Below are positions 8,043 through 17,898 of a stretch of DNA of 64,000 bases, piece by piece. This DNA is from Bacillota bacterium. GTDB taxonomy: Bacteria > Bacillota > Clostridia > Christensenellales > CAG-138. A program made the position numbers and the translations under genes. The notes under the pieces were generated by a model that saw nothing but the letters and a program-made list of their open reading frames with translations, ran no database searches and had not been told where the DNA came from. The DNA is taken from contig JAEYCM010000013.1 of the NCBI GenBank assembly GCA_023455425.1, positions 1-64,000 of the forward strand, written 5' to 3'. Within the stretch, counting starts at the first letter, position 1; every line of letters begins with the position of its first letter.

Positions 8043-9788
8043 ATGCAGAAAGTCTTAACTGAAAAACTAAAAGAGTCGGCCCTTGCTGTTGTGCCGATCA
8101 GCGCGATCATTTTGGCGCTGCACTGGACCATCGCACCGCTGCCGGGCTGGACGCTGGGAATGATGTTGGTTGGCATGCTCATGCTCTTTGTGGGGCTCGC
8201 GCTGTTTTCCATTGGCGTGGAACTCGCTATGATGCCCATCGGCCAGCATGTGGGGTCCGCACTGATTTCATCGCGCAAGTTGCCTTTGGTCATCATCGTA
8301 CTGTTCATTTTCGGTTTTATTGTGACTGCGGCTGAACCGGATCTTTCCGTGCTTGCCAACCAGGTAGCCTCTATCCCGAATATGGCGCTGATTGCCGGCA
8401 TCAGCGTGGGCGTGGGCGTATTTTTAGTGATTGCCGTGCTGCGGGTAGTGTTTCATTGGCGCCTGGGACGAGTCCTGGCAATAGCGTACCCCGTCGCCTT
8501 TATCGTTGCGATCTTTTCAAGCGACTATCTTGCCGTGGCCATCGATTCTGCGGCTGTCACCACCGGGCCGGTTACGGTGCCGTTCCTGCTTGCAATTGGC
8601 GGAGGGTTCGCAGCCGTTTCCAACAGCAAAAATGCCGAAGAGGATAATTTCGGCATCAGCGCAATATGTTCCGTCGGCCCCATCATTTCAGTGCTGATAT
8701 TGGGGATGTTCCATGATTCGGCAAATACACAGTACCTTCCCCTGAAGAGCGCCGAAATCACGGATGCGTCCGGCCTGTTCACCCTGTTTGGATCGGGCAT
8801 GTGGCACACCCTGCAGGAGGTCATCATCCTCATTGTGCCGGTTCTGGTTGTGTTTTTGATTTTCCAAATCATAAAATTGAAGCTTTCCCGCAGCGAATTG
8901 ATCAAAATATTCGTGGGACTTGGTTATTTACTGATCGGGCTTACCATATTCCTGACCGGCGTGAACAAGGGTTTTATGCCCGCTGCGGTTTCCTTGGGCG
9001 AAGCAATAGGCAAACTTTCATACAATTGGATTCTTATTCCGATCTCGTTGGCTATCGGCGCCTGTGTCGTGCTGGCGGAACCGACGGTTTATGTGCTTGT
9101 AAACCAGGTGGCGAAGATTACCGACGATGCGATACCACGAAAGATGATGCTCTTTTCCATGGCGTTGGGTGTCGGTATCGCAATGAGCCTTTCGATCGTA
9201 CGCATTTTATGGGGTATTTCCATCTGGTGGTTTTTGCTGCCGGGATATGCAATCTCCCTTTTGCTGACCTTTTTGGTGCCCAATATATTTGTGGGCATCG
9301 GCTTTGATTCAGGCGAAGTGGTCACGGGCGCGATGAGCGCTGCGTTTGTCATCCCATTCGCCGTCGGCGTATGCTCGGTGATTCCCGGCCGCAACGTGGT
9401 TGTGGACGCCTTTGGCATTGCGGGCCTGATCACCATGATGCCGCCGATTATTATCCAGACGATCGGCCTTATCTACAGCCGCAAGCTGAAGAAGGCCAGG
9501 AGGTTGGACGCCCAGGCCGCAGAACATAACGCCGAGGCAACCGAAACAGAGTTGGCCTCAGAGCCGGACACCGAAGCGTCCGAACTGCAGCGGGCTATGG
9601 CATTCGCCGCTGAAGCACCTGGACAGCAACCGGCCGCCAAGCTCGGTCAGGAACTCACCGAATTGCAGTTGGCCGTGGAGTCCAATGCCGCGCCGTTCGA
9701 AACGGAAAGACCTCAAGGTCCTAATTCCGAAGCAGCGCAAACACAGCAGGCAACGAAACCGCACGCGAAAACAGTTGGAACACAATAG
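8043..9788 (+). CDS. Fused tandem DUF1538-domain integral membrane protein with an ~100-aa acidic low-complexity C-terminal tail
   Basis: 581 aa. The ATG at 8043 is preceded by GGAGG; the track's 8040 is an adjacent in-frame TTG. There are two repeats of a ~250-aa polytopic module (HWTIAPLPG... and ...NWILIPISLAIG...), then a cytoplasmic tail rich in A/E/Q/T. Confidence 0.75.
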   Translation: MQKVLTEKLKESALAVVPISAIILALHWTIAPLPGWTLGMMLVGMLMLFVGLALFSIGVELAMMPIGQHVGSALISSRKLPLVIIVLFIFGFIVTAAEPDLSVLANQVASIPNMALIAGISVGVGVFLVIAVLRVVFHWRLGRVLAIAYPVAFIVAIFSSDYLAVAIDSAAVTTGPVTVPFLLAIGGGFAAVSNSKNAEEDNFGISAICSVGPIISVLILGMFHDSANTQYLPLKSAEITDASGLFTLFGSGMWHTLQEVIILIVPVLVVFLIFQIIKLKLSRSELIKIFVGLGYLLIGLTIFLTGVNKGFMPAAVSLGEAIGKLSYNWILIPISLAIGACVVLAEPTVYVLVNQVAKITDDAIPRKMMLFSMALGVGIAMSLSIVRILWGISIWWFLLPGYAISLLLTFLVPNIFVGIGFDSGEVVTGAMSAAFVIPFAVGVCSVIPGRNVVVDAFGIAGLITMMPPIIIQTIGLIYSRKLKKARRLDAQAAEHNAEATETELASEPDTEASELQRAMAFAAEAPGQQPAAKLGQELTELQLAVESNAAPFETERPQGPNSEAAQTQQATKPHAKTVGTQ

Positions 9789-9815
9789 GCAGCAAGAAAG
9801 GGCAGGATTACCGAT

Positions 9816-10508
9816 ATGCAGTTGGATAGACATAAACATTTGTCGATCAGCCTTCTATGCGTGATATGCGACCGGAACAAGCGCGACAAAGTCGAGGATA
9901 TCCTTGGAAAGCACGAAACATTTTTCAACCTGATTGCCTACGGAAAAGGCACGGCAAACTCCAAGATATTGAATTATCTCGGCTTGGGAGAAACGGAAAA
10001 GGCGGTTTTTTTCAGCATACTGCCTATGGACACGGCACATGAAATCATGGAGGCCATCAATACGAAGCTGCAGCTGGTAAAGCCTGGGCACGGAATATTG
10101 TTCACAACCAAAATGCGTCAGGGATGCTATCATAAGCCTGTTGAATTTGTCAGCAATGCAAACGGAGGAATAACGATGCAGCAAGAATCATCTCACAATC
10201 TGATCATGGTGGTACTCAACCGCGGATATAGTGAGGATGTTATGGATGTCGCCCGGGCCTGCGGCGCGAAAGGCGGCACGGTGCTGCACGCGCGCAGTAT
10301 CGGCACAGCCGGGATGGAGAAGTTTTTCGGCATAACAATTGCGCCTGAGAAGGAACTATTGATGATCGTGACGCAGGATACCGCTTCCTGTGACATCATG
10401 GCGGGCATTGCCGAAAAGGTCGGCCCAACGACAGATGCGTGCGCCATTTCATTTTCGTTGCCAATAAACGGCGTAAAGGGCATCCAGACGGTCAAAATCG
10501 AAGGATAA
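9816..10508 (+). CDS. Tandem PII-like (nitrogen-regulatory protein P-II superfamily) signalling protein
   Basis: 230 aa made of two ~110-aa PII-like halves. It lies 27 nt downstream of the DUF1538 gene; DUF1538 proteins are characteristically encoded next to PII-like proteins. Confidence 0.7.
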   Translation: MQLDRHKHLSISLLCVICDRNKRDKVEDILGKHETFFNLIAYGKGTANSKILNYLGLGETEKAVFFSILPMDTAHEIMEAINTKLQLVKPGHGILFTTKMRQGCYHKPVEFVSNANGGITMQQESSHNLIMVVLNRGYSEDVMDVARACGAKGGTVLHARSIGTAGMEKFFGITIAPEKELLMIVTQDTASCDIMAGIAEKVGPTTDACAISFSLPINGVKGIQTVKIEG

Positions 10509-10528
10509 AGCACTTGATCCAATCAAAA

Positions 10529-10555
10529 ACAGGAGGGGATCCCCCTCCTGTTTTT
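10529..10555. terminator. Bidirectional rho-independent terminator
   Basis: ACAGGAGGGG-AT-CCCCTCCTGT perfect hairpin followed by TTTTT (and preceded by AAAAA for the opposite strand), between convergent genes. Confidence 0.75.
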
Positions 10556-10582
10556 GATGCCCGGTTCCCGCGCCAGCCTTCC

Positions 10583-11170
10583 TCATTCATCCAGAGCAGC
10601 CCCGTCATTTTCCGCATGCAGCAACATCCAGATCGAGTTTTCCTTCATTCCGTCACAGCGGACGTAAAGGATATCCTCCCGATACACAATGGCGTCTCCA
10701 TCGTACTTCGCGTCCCGGTCATACTGAAAGATTTCCACGCAACGGTCGTCTATGCTGGTGACCAGGCCGCGAATCTCATTGTTTTCGTTATCTTCCAGGG
10801 CAATGGAAACGATTTTCCCGGTTTCCTTGGCAAAACGCAGGAGGTTTTCCATTTGGTCTTCAGCGGCCTGCGGCACCTCCTCATGTGTTTGCCTGCGCAG
10901 CGCATACAGACGTCTGATCCGTTTGATGTACTGCGTATTCACCATTGTTCCAAAGAGGTCCCGCATGCGGAGCGCAAAGAATCCGCCCGCTATCCCGTTT
11001 GAATATACGTAAGCAATGAGAACGGTCTCCTTTGCTGCAGCAAGGACAAACCCCAGCATAAAGGCGGATACATCGTCTTTATCCTGATAGATCTCCGCCA
11101 TCTCACACGTAAGTGCAAATTCCTTGAGTTTCTGATAAAGTCTTGAACCGATTTTCCCCGTTTCCCCCAT
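10583..11170 (-). CDS. Hypothetical protein
   Basis: 195-aa ORF with coding-like composition and no recognisable motif. Confidence 0.5.
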   Translation of the reverse strand: MGETGKIGSRLYQKLKEFALTCEMAEIYQDKDDVSAFMLGFVLAAAKETVLIAYVYSNGIAGGFFALRMRDLFGTMVNTQYIKRIRRLYALRRQTHEEVPQAAEDQMENLLRFAKETGKIVSIALEDNENNEIRGLVTSIDDRCVEIFQYDRDAKYDGDAIVYREDILYVRCDGMKENSIWMLLHAENDGAALDE

Positions 11171-11367
11171 AGTGTTCCTTTCAATACTCCATAAATGAAT
11201 TCAATTCCTGTGGTAATTGTATCTATCTGTTGCATCAAGCGTTATTAATAAGCATACCGATGCAGCATGGCGATGGCAAATGGATAATGATTCCTGAGAA
11301 ATGGCTAGAAAAAGTCCCGCATAGAAAGCGGGACGAAAAACACAAATTGGATTTGAGAAATACCCCG

Positions 11368-11787
11368 TTATTTCGCCGCTGCCTGCGCAGAAAGGTTCCA
11401 CATGACGCCGTACTTGTCCACTACAATACCGTAGCAGGGGCTGAAGAACGTTTGTTGCAGCGGCATATGTACCCTGCCCGCTTCGGAAAGTACCGCAAAC
11501 GCGTGCCGGACTTCCTCTTCCGAGCACTCCACAACAATCGCAACGCGCTCGGATTCCGCGTCGTTGATTTCCCCGAACGAATCCGACATGCGGATGAAGT
11601 TATCCCCAAAGCGCAGCGTTGCATGTAGAATTCGCCCTTTTAACTCCTCCGGTACCGGCGGGCCGCCGCCGGGCGGGATGTCCCCGAAACGCATCCTTTC
11701 GATCACACCGGTATTGAACGCACGGCTGTAAAGCTCGATGGCGTCATTGCATTCGTTGCGAAAGTACAGATATGGCCTGATTTCCAT
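11368..11787 (-). CDS. VOC-family (glyoxalase/bleomycin-resistance, PhnB-like) protein
   Basis: 139 aa from MEIRPYLYF, with an AAAGGAG RBS 8 nt upstream; the track ORF is over-extended. The protein is PhnB/VOC-like. Confidence 0.6.
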   Translation of the reverse strand: MEIRPYLYFRNECNDAIELYSRAFNTGVIERMRFGDIPPGGGPPVPEELKGRILHATLRFGDNFIRMSDSFGEINDAESERVAIVVECSEEEVRHAFAVLSEAGRVHMPLQQTFFSPCYGIVVDKYGVMWNLSAQAAAK

Positions 11788-11824
11788 AAACATTTCTCCT
11801 TTTATATCGTTGTGAGACAAAGAC

Positions 11825-12379
11825 TTATCGTTTCTTTTTTGTCTCATTCATCTGCATATTTTCCTGTACCCGGAACCTGACGATCTCCTTCACAAGGTCG
11901 AGCGGAATGGGCTTATCATACGGAAACTGTATTCCTCCTTTAGAGTTTTCATATTCCGTAAGTTTGTCTTTAAACGCCGCGACGCCGCTCGCTCCGGGGT
12001 AGAACCCGGTGTGCTTTTTATTGGCGGCAAAGTGCACCAGGTTCCCATAAAGCGTAAACGTAGCCATCCCCCAGCTTATTTTTTCCTGGGCCTGGGGCGC
12101 GGCTTCCCGGACAGCTTGACGCAGCGTTTGCAGCTTTTCCTGCACTTCCGGCTCAAACTGCGCGATATACTCCCCTACCGCGTCCAGTTTTTCCCCCAGG
12201 AACGTACGTCCCTGCGCGTGCAGTTCATCCTTGAGGGTTACAAGCGCTTTTGGGCCGATGCCATGCAGATTGGCCACTTCTTCTTCCGTATGGGAAGCGA
12301 GCTGTTCGAGCGTATGGATGCCCGCACTCTGCAGCGCCCGTTGGGCAGGCTGCCCCAGTTTTTCAAAGACTCCATCCAT
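11825..12379 (-). CDS. DUF1801 (YdhG-like) domain protein
   Basis: 184 aa with an N-terminal region typical of the DUF1801/YdhG family. Confidence 0.55.
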   Translation of the reverse strand: MDGVFEKLGQPAQRALQSAGIHTLEQLASHTEEEVANLHGIGPKALVTLKDELHAQGRTFLGEKLDAVGEYIAQFEPEVQEKLQTLRQAVREAAPQAQEKISWGMATFTLYGNLVHFAANKKHTGFYPGASGVAAFKDKLTEYENSKGGIQFPYDKPIPLDLVKEIVRFRVQENMQMNETKKKR

Positions 12380-12599
12380 TGTATCTTCCCCCTGCCTTTT
12401 TTGTTTTGCCGCAAAGTGTTTGCTTTTATATTACCCGAAAACAGCCTCATATCCCATACAAACAAATGTCTCCTGAAAAATCCCCGGCAAGCCCTGCATG
12501 TACGAACCTGCAAACGCAGCGCACCCGCCCGGGGTTGCCGGAGCGGGTGCGCTTTTGGGGGATTGCGCACAGGTTTTCCTGTGCAGGGGATGCCGCTTA

Positions 12600-14573
12600 C
12601 TACGAGGCCGCTTCCGTTTCCCCTTTTGCGGGGGCCGCATTCTGCAGGGATACGCCAAGCTTATCGAGCGTAATGAATTTTAAGAGCGTATCCATGACGG
12701 TGCTGCTGCCCGTATTGCCGGTAGCACTTTCCCCGCCCATATTGACGACTGTCTTGGGTACGATATCCACCGACGCGTTCTTGATGGCCTCCGCCAGTTT
12801 GTCGGTAACCTCCTGGATGACGCGGTATTCCGCGCCGCCGTAGGCTTTGACCTGCGCGTCGATCGCCTGCGCCTTGGCCAAACCCACGTTTGTTTCTTTG
12901 CTGGCTTCCGCCTCGCCCTCCAGGCGCACCTTGGAGGCGTTCGCTTTTGCAAGGGCGATGATCTGATTGGCCTCCTGCTCGGCCTTGCTCGCAAGCGCCG
13001 CGCCGTTGTTGCCTTCGATCTCGATCTGGATCTTGGATTTTGTAAGGAAGCTCTGCTGTTCGGCAACGGCCTGCGCTTCCCGCAGGGATTTTTCGCTTTC
13101 CGCCGCCATCTGCTGCTTCTGGTAAGTAACCTTCTTTTCCTCCGCAATCTGCCGTTCCCGAAGCTGCATCAGGATGTTTTCTATCTGCGAATCGCGAACG
13201 GTGGTCTTGGGGGTGCCGATCAACACTTCCTCCAACTGGAGGTTGTATTTTGCGAACTTCTCCTTCATCTCCAGCACCGCGCGTTCACGGATGGAACTGC
13301 GCTCCTGAATGAGCTCAATAAGCGTCTTTGTCTGCGCCACATCCTTAAAGTACGCGCTCACGAGCGGATCGAGCGACTGGTTGACAAGCATGCCGATATC
13401 GCCGAAACGCTGGATGACCCAGGGCGCCTGCTTGTAATCGATATGCATGACCACCGAAAGCGGCAGCGAGGGTTCAAACGCGTCCTTGGTGATGATGTCC
13501 ACCTCGGTGAGGTTTTCATCATACTTGTGGTCGCCGGTTTCGGACTTATTCCACTTGAGGATGATGTTTGTGGTGGGTACGAGCACCACTTTTCCGGCGT
13601 CGGTATTGAATGCGTATTTACCCGGCATCAGCGGCTTTTCCAATACGCCCTTGCAGCCAACCTGTACCAATTCCCCGTGCTTATAATCCTGCCCCGTGGT
13701 ATCTACGCCCTCCTTGCCAAAGAAGGAGACGACAACGCCCACAAAGCCGATGGGCACCACCGTTTTCGCCCGGAATTCCACCGTAGCGAACAGCCGGTTG
13801 ACATAATAGGTACCGTCGGTGAGCACCTGGATCTGCTTGCCGCGCCTGCCGCCAAGCTGCAGGAATTTTTCCGGGTCCTGAAAGCTTGCGTGACCTTCGC
13901 CCACGTCGGGCGCGATGATCTCTCCCTGGTCGATCGGCGTGCCGTCATGCACGGTGACAATGCCCATCAGGTCGCTTGATTCCTGCCCGCGCCCCATGAT
14001 GACCACCGGCGTAAACGCGTTGCGCTCGGCAAGCGTCTTCTGCATGCTGACCAGTTCCGCAAGCTCCTGCTTGGAGGTGGCGGAAATGGACTTGATATCG
14101 TTGGGCGTAATGACGATGAACTGCGCGAGGTTGATGGCATACGTACCTTCACGCAATATCCCGCGCTGGGGACCTCTCTGCCCGCCGTTTCTTAAAAACC
14201 CGGTCACATTCTGAAAGTTGTTCGCTTCCGCCACGATGCGGCCCAATGTCTGCGTGGGCGCAAGCGGCTGGCCGTCCCGCGCGAACAGGTAGGCGATCTG
14301 CCCCTGCGGCACCGTGATGAGCGGATACTTGTGTATCTTATACATCAGCACCGATCTAAAGTGGATGCCGCCGCGCAGCAGGTCCGGCGCATAGCCCGCC
14401 TCGCCGTTAAGCGCAATAATGGAATCTTTGAGCGAGCCCTTAAAGCTCCACCATTTTTCGACCACGGCCACTTCGTTGGAGGCGATGACCCGAAGGCCCA
14501 ATATCTTGAATATGAGCAAGTAGATCGCAAGCGCCCCTCCTATGATTTCCACGGCCAAGAAAATTGGATTCAT
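12600..14573 (-). CDS. Flotillin-family SPFH/band-7 protein (YqiK-like, long form)
   Basis: 657 aa with an N-terminal TM helix, an SPFH domain and a long coiled-coil EA-rich flotillin domain. Confidence 0.8.
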   Translation of the reverse strand: MNPIFLAVEIIGGALAIYLLIFKILGLRVIASNEVAVVEKWWSFKGSLKDSIIALNGEAGYAPDLLRGGIHFRSVLMYKIHKYPLITVPQGQIAYLFARDGQPLAPTQTLGRIVAEANNFQNVTGFLRNGGQRGPQRGILREGTYAINLAQFIVITPNDIKSISATSKQELAELVSMQKTLAERNAFTPVVIMGRGQESSDLMGIVTVHDGTPIDQGEIIAPDVGEGHASFQDPEKFLQLGGRRGKQIQVLTDGTYYVNRLFATVEFRAKTVVPIGFVGVVVSFFGKEGVDTTGQDYKHGELVQVGCKGVLEKPLMPGKYAFNTDAGKVVLVPTTNIILKWNKSETGDHKYDENLTEVDIITKDAFEPSLPLSVVMHIDYKQAPWVIQRFGDIGMLVNQSLDPLVSAYFKDVAQTKTLIELIQERSSIRERAVLEMKEKFAKYNLQLEEVLIGTPKTTVRDSQIENILMQLRERQIAEEKKVTYQKQQMAAESEKSLREAQAVAEQQSFLTKSKIQIEIEGNNGAALASKAEQEANQIIALAKANASKVRLEGEAEASKETNVGLAKAQAIDAQVKAYGGAEYRVIQEVTDKLAEAIKNASVDIVPKTVVNMGGESATGNTGSSTVMDTLLKFITLDKLGVSLQNAAPAKGETEAAS

Positions 14574-14903
14574 GTTTTACCCTCCCCATCTTTTTTGCTT
14601 CATAACCCTTTGACTTCAAGTCCCCTTAACGCATCGAAAGCATGTTGCTTCCTCTTTACGCCGCCTCAAGGCTATGACAACTTATGGATATAGCGTAGCA
14701 GAATACCCATAAAGACAGTATTCATTTGTCGAATGGAGCATGAAGAAAGAATAAAGATTATCGTACGCCCAACAGCTGGGCCATTTTGCTGCGCATGCAG
14801 GAAAAATCATGTATAATATGGGAAGAATACCGCGCTGTTCCGCATTTGGGCGGCGCTTGGAAAATCACAACGAAATATACCAATAGAAAGTAGGTGCTGA
14901 CAT

Positions 14904-17615
14904 TTGGAACGACCGAACTGGTATGAGTTGAACATTCATGACGTATACAAAGAGCTTGGCGCCAGCGCACAGACCGGCCTGACGTCCAAGGAGGCAAAGC
15001 GCCGCCTGGAGGAGTACGGCCCCAATGAGCTGCAGCAGAAAAAAGGGGCAAGCGTGTTCCGAATGTTCCTGGAGCAGCTCAAGGACTATATGGTCATCAT
15101 CCTGATCGTCGCCAGTATCGTTTCCATCCTGGTAAACGAGGTGACGGACGCCATCGTCATATTGGGCATCGTCATCATCAACGCGGTGCTCGGCGTATTC
15201 CAGGAATACCGCGCGGGCAAAGCGCTCGAAGCCTTAAAGAGGATGTCCGCTCCCAACGCCAAGGTGCTTCGCGACGGCGAACCGGTGACCATCCCCGCGC
15301 GCGAGCTGGTGCCCGGCGATACGGTGATCCTGGAAACCGGGGACTATGTGCCAGCCGACGTGCGGCTGATTTCTTCCGTCAACCTTAAGGTAGAAGAAGC
15401 CGCGCTCACGGGCGAATCCGTACCCGTGGAAAAGCACGCGGAAGCTTCCCTCAAAGGCGACGTGGGCTTAGGGGACCAGGTCAACTCCGCGTTTATGAGC
15501 ACGCTTGTTACCTACGGCAGGGGCAGCGGCATCGTCACCTCCACGGGCATGGGCACGGTGATCGGCAAGATCGCGGAAATGATCCAGGAGGAAGAGGCGG
15601 AAGATACGCCGCTGCAGAAGAAGCTTGCGAAGATGGGCAAGTTGCTTGGTACGGGCTGCCTCGTCATCTGCGCCATCGTATTTGCGATGGGTCTCCTGCG
15701 CGGCGAGCCGATACTCGAAATGTTCATGACGGCCGTCAGCCTCGCTGTCGCGGCCATACCGGAAGGCCTGCCCGCCGTCGTTACCATCGTGCTCGCGTTG
15801 GGCATGCAGCGCATGGCCAAGAAGAATGCCATTATGAAAAAGCTGCACGCCGTGGAAACGCTGGGCAGCACCACCGTCATCTGCTCCGATAAGACCGGCA
15901 CGCTCACCCAGAACCAGATGACCATCGTCAAGATGTACGTGCCCGGCCTCTCCATAGATGTTCAGGGGGACGGTTACAACCCCGTGGGGGCGCTTACGGT
16001 AAACGATACCGCGCTTGAGTTGGAACAGGAGCCCGCCGTGAGCCGCCTTGTAGACGTCATGGCGCTGTGCAACGACGCGCGCCTTGAGCATGTGGTGGAG
16101 AATGGTTCGGACGAATGGCGCATTATTGGCGACCCGACGGAGGGCGCCATGATCGTGGCCGCCGCCAAAGCAGGGGTAAAGCAGGAGGAGCATAACAAAC
16201 GTCTGCCCCGTCTGCAGGAAATCCCGTTTGATTCCCAGCGCAAGCTGATGACCACGTTCCACCAACTGACATATGGCGGGTATGCGGCGTTCACCAAAGG
16301 CGCGCCAGATATCCTGGCGGAGCGCTGCACGCAGATTTTGCGCCGGGACGGCACGGTTTCCGCCATCACGGATGCGGATGTGGCGGATATATTAAAAGAA
16401 AACAAAGCGCTCGCCTCTCAAGCCTACCGTGTTCTTGCCATGGCGTATAAACCTGTTATCGATATTCCCGCGCACCCCACGCCGGAGCAGGACGAACAGA
16501 ATCTTGTGTTCTGCGGGCTTGTCGGCATGATCGACCCGCCGCGCGTAGAGGCGATTGAGGCTATCAAGGTCTGTAAAAGCGCTGGCATCCGCGTAGTGAT
16601 GATCACGGGGGACTATAAGGACACCGCGGCGGCGATTGCAAAGCAGCTTGGCATCATCAGCTCCGACGACCAGGTCGTCGCGGGAGCGGACTTAAACGCC
16701 ATGGACGACGCGCGGCTCAACGAAGTCGCAAAGAACATCAGCGTCTACGCACGCGTTTCGCCCGAACACAAGGTGCGCATCGTGCAGGCGGTGAAGAACA
16801 ACGGCGAGATCGCCGCCATGACCGGCGACGGCGTGAACGACGCGCCCGCCTTAAAGCGCGCGGACATCGGCGTGGCCATGGGCATTACGGGCACGGACGT
16901 CACCAAGGAAAGCGCGGATATGATCCTGACGGACGACAACTTCTCCAGTATTGTCCACGCCGTGGAAGAGGGCCGCGTCATTTACAGCAACATCCGCAAG
17001 TTCGTGTTCTTCCTGATGAGCTGCAACGTAGGCGAGATCCTCATCATATTCCTTTCCATGCTGTTCCAGTGGCCCATTCCGTTGTTACCCATCCATTTGC
17101 TGTGGGTCAATCTGCTGACCGACGCGTTCCCCGCGCTTGCTTTGGGTACCGAGAAAAAGGAACCCGGGCTTATGACGGAACCCCCGCGCAGCCCCAACGA
17201 AAGCATCATCAATAAGGATATGCTTATCAACATCGCGGTGCAGAGCGTGGTGATGACGGCGGCGGTCCTCGGTTCCTTCTACTATGGCTGGCAGAATTAC
17301 GGCATTGAAATGGGCCGGACCTACGCGCTTGTCACCCTCATCATCAGCGAACTGCTGCGCGCCTATACCTGCCGCTCCGAAAAGCACCCGCTCTGGAAGA
17401 TCGGCGTGTTCAGCAACAGGAACATGAACCTAGCGACCGTCGTTTCCTTTGCGCTGCTGGTGGTCATCCTGCTCATCCCCGGGCTAAGGGATATCTTCAA
17501 TGTGGCGACGCTGCATTTCCATGATTGGGACTTTGTCATACTTGTGGGCCTGATGCCGCTGTTGTTTGGCGAACTCACCAAGGTGGTCAAAAACGCCGTA
17601 CGTAAGATGAAATAA
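14904..17615 (+). CDS. Calcium-translocating P-type ATPase (P2A/P2B type)
   Basis: 903 aa with DKTGTLT phosphorylation and [12 protein letters not shown] motifs, 10 TM segments, and a TGES actuator-like motif. The TTG start is somewhat uncertain. Confidence 0.85.
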   Translation: MERPNWYELNIHDVYKELGASAQTGLTSKEAKRRLEEYGPNELQQKKGASVFRMFLEQLKDYMVIILIVASIVSILVNEVTDAIVILGIVIINAVLGVFQEYRAGKALEALKRMSAPNAKVLRDGEPVTIPARELVPGDTVILETGDYVPADVRLISSVNLKVEEAALTGESVPVEKHAEASLKGDVGLGDQVNSAFMSTLVTYGRGSGIVTSTGMGTVIGKIAEMIQEEEAEDTPLQKKLAKMGKLLGTGCLVICAIVFAMGLLRGEPILEMFMTAVSLAVAAIPEGLPAVVTIVLALGMQRMAKKNAIMKKLHAVETLGSTTVICSDKTGTLTQNQMTIVKMYVPGLSIDVQGDGYNPVGALTVNDTALELEQEPAVSRLVDVMALCNDARLEHVVENGSDEWRIIGDPTEGAMIVAAAKAGVKQEEHNKRLPRLQEIPFDSQRKLMTTFHQLTYGGYAAFTKGAPDILAERCTQILRRDGTVSAITDADVADILKENKALASQAYRVLAMAYKPVIDIPAHPTPEQDEQNLVFCGLVGMIDPPRVEAIEAIKVCKSAGIRVVMITGDYKDTAAAIAKQLGIISSDDQVVAGADLNAMDDARLNEVAKNISVYARVSPEHKVRIVQAVKNNGEIAAMTGDGVNDAPALKRADIGVAMGITGTDVTKESADMILTDDNFSSIVHAVEEGRVIYSNIRKFVFFLMSCNVGEILIIFLSMLFQWPIPLLPIHLLWVNLLTDAFPALALGTEKKEPGLMTEPPRSPNESIINKDMLINIAVQSVVMTAAVLGSFYYGWQNYGIEMGRTYALVTLIISELLRAYTCRSEKHPLWKIGVFSNRNMNLATVVSFALLVVILLIPGLRDIFNVATLHFHDWDFVILVGLMPLLFGELTKVVKNAVRKMK

Positions 17616-17699
17616 AGGTATCGCCATCTGCGGTGGCGACGTATGATTATTTTATTTAATAGCGGGCGGGCTTCGCCCCCCGCGCCCCTATCGCCCGTT

Positions 17700-17815
17700 T
17701 TCCTACGGGAGACCTCTAAGTTCCCCTCCAGGAACGCCCTAAAATAGTGCGTTCCCAAGTTAGGGATTTCCAGGAAAATATATCCCTTGAGTCGGAATTC
17801 GAGGGGGAATTCTTA
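17700..17815. repeat. Structured intergenic repeat, copy C (TTAGGGATT / ATCCC / CGGAATTCGAGG motifs)
   Basis: Shares GTTAGGGATT, ATCCC and CGGAAT-tCGAGG motifs with the copy at 26585-26770, and weaker GGGAAT/ATCCC motifs with the copies at 33216 and 56960. Confidence 0.35.
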
Positions 17816-17837
17816 AAAACAGAAGCTTTTCAATAAA

Positions 17838-17880
17838 CTGCAACGCCCTGCGCTTTCATACGCAGGGCGTTGCAGTTCTT
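17838..17880. terminator. Bidirectional rho-independent terminator (15-bp stem)
   Basis: CTGCAACGCCCTGCG-ctttcata-CGCAGGGCGTTGCAG, flanked by AATAAA upstream and TTCTT downstream. It lies between the Ca-ATPase and convergent floT. Confidence 0.8.
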
Positions 17881-17898
17881 AACAGTTGAATATATAGG

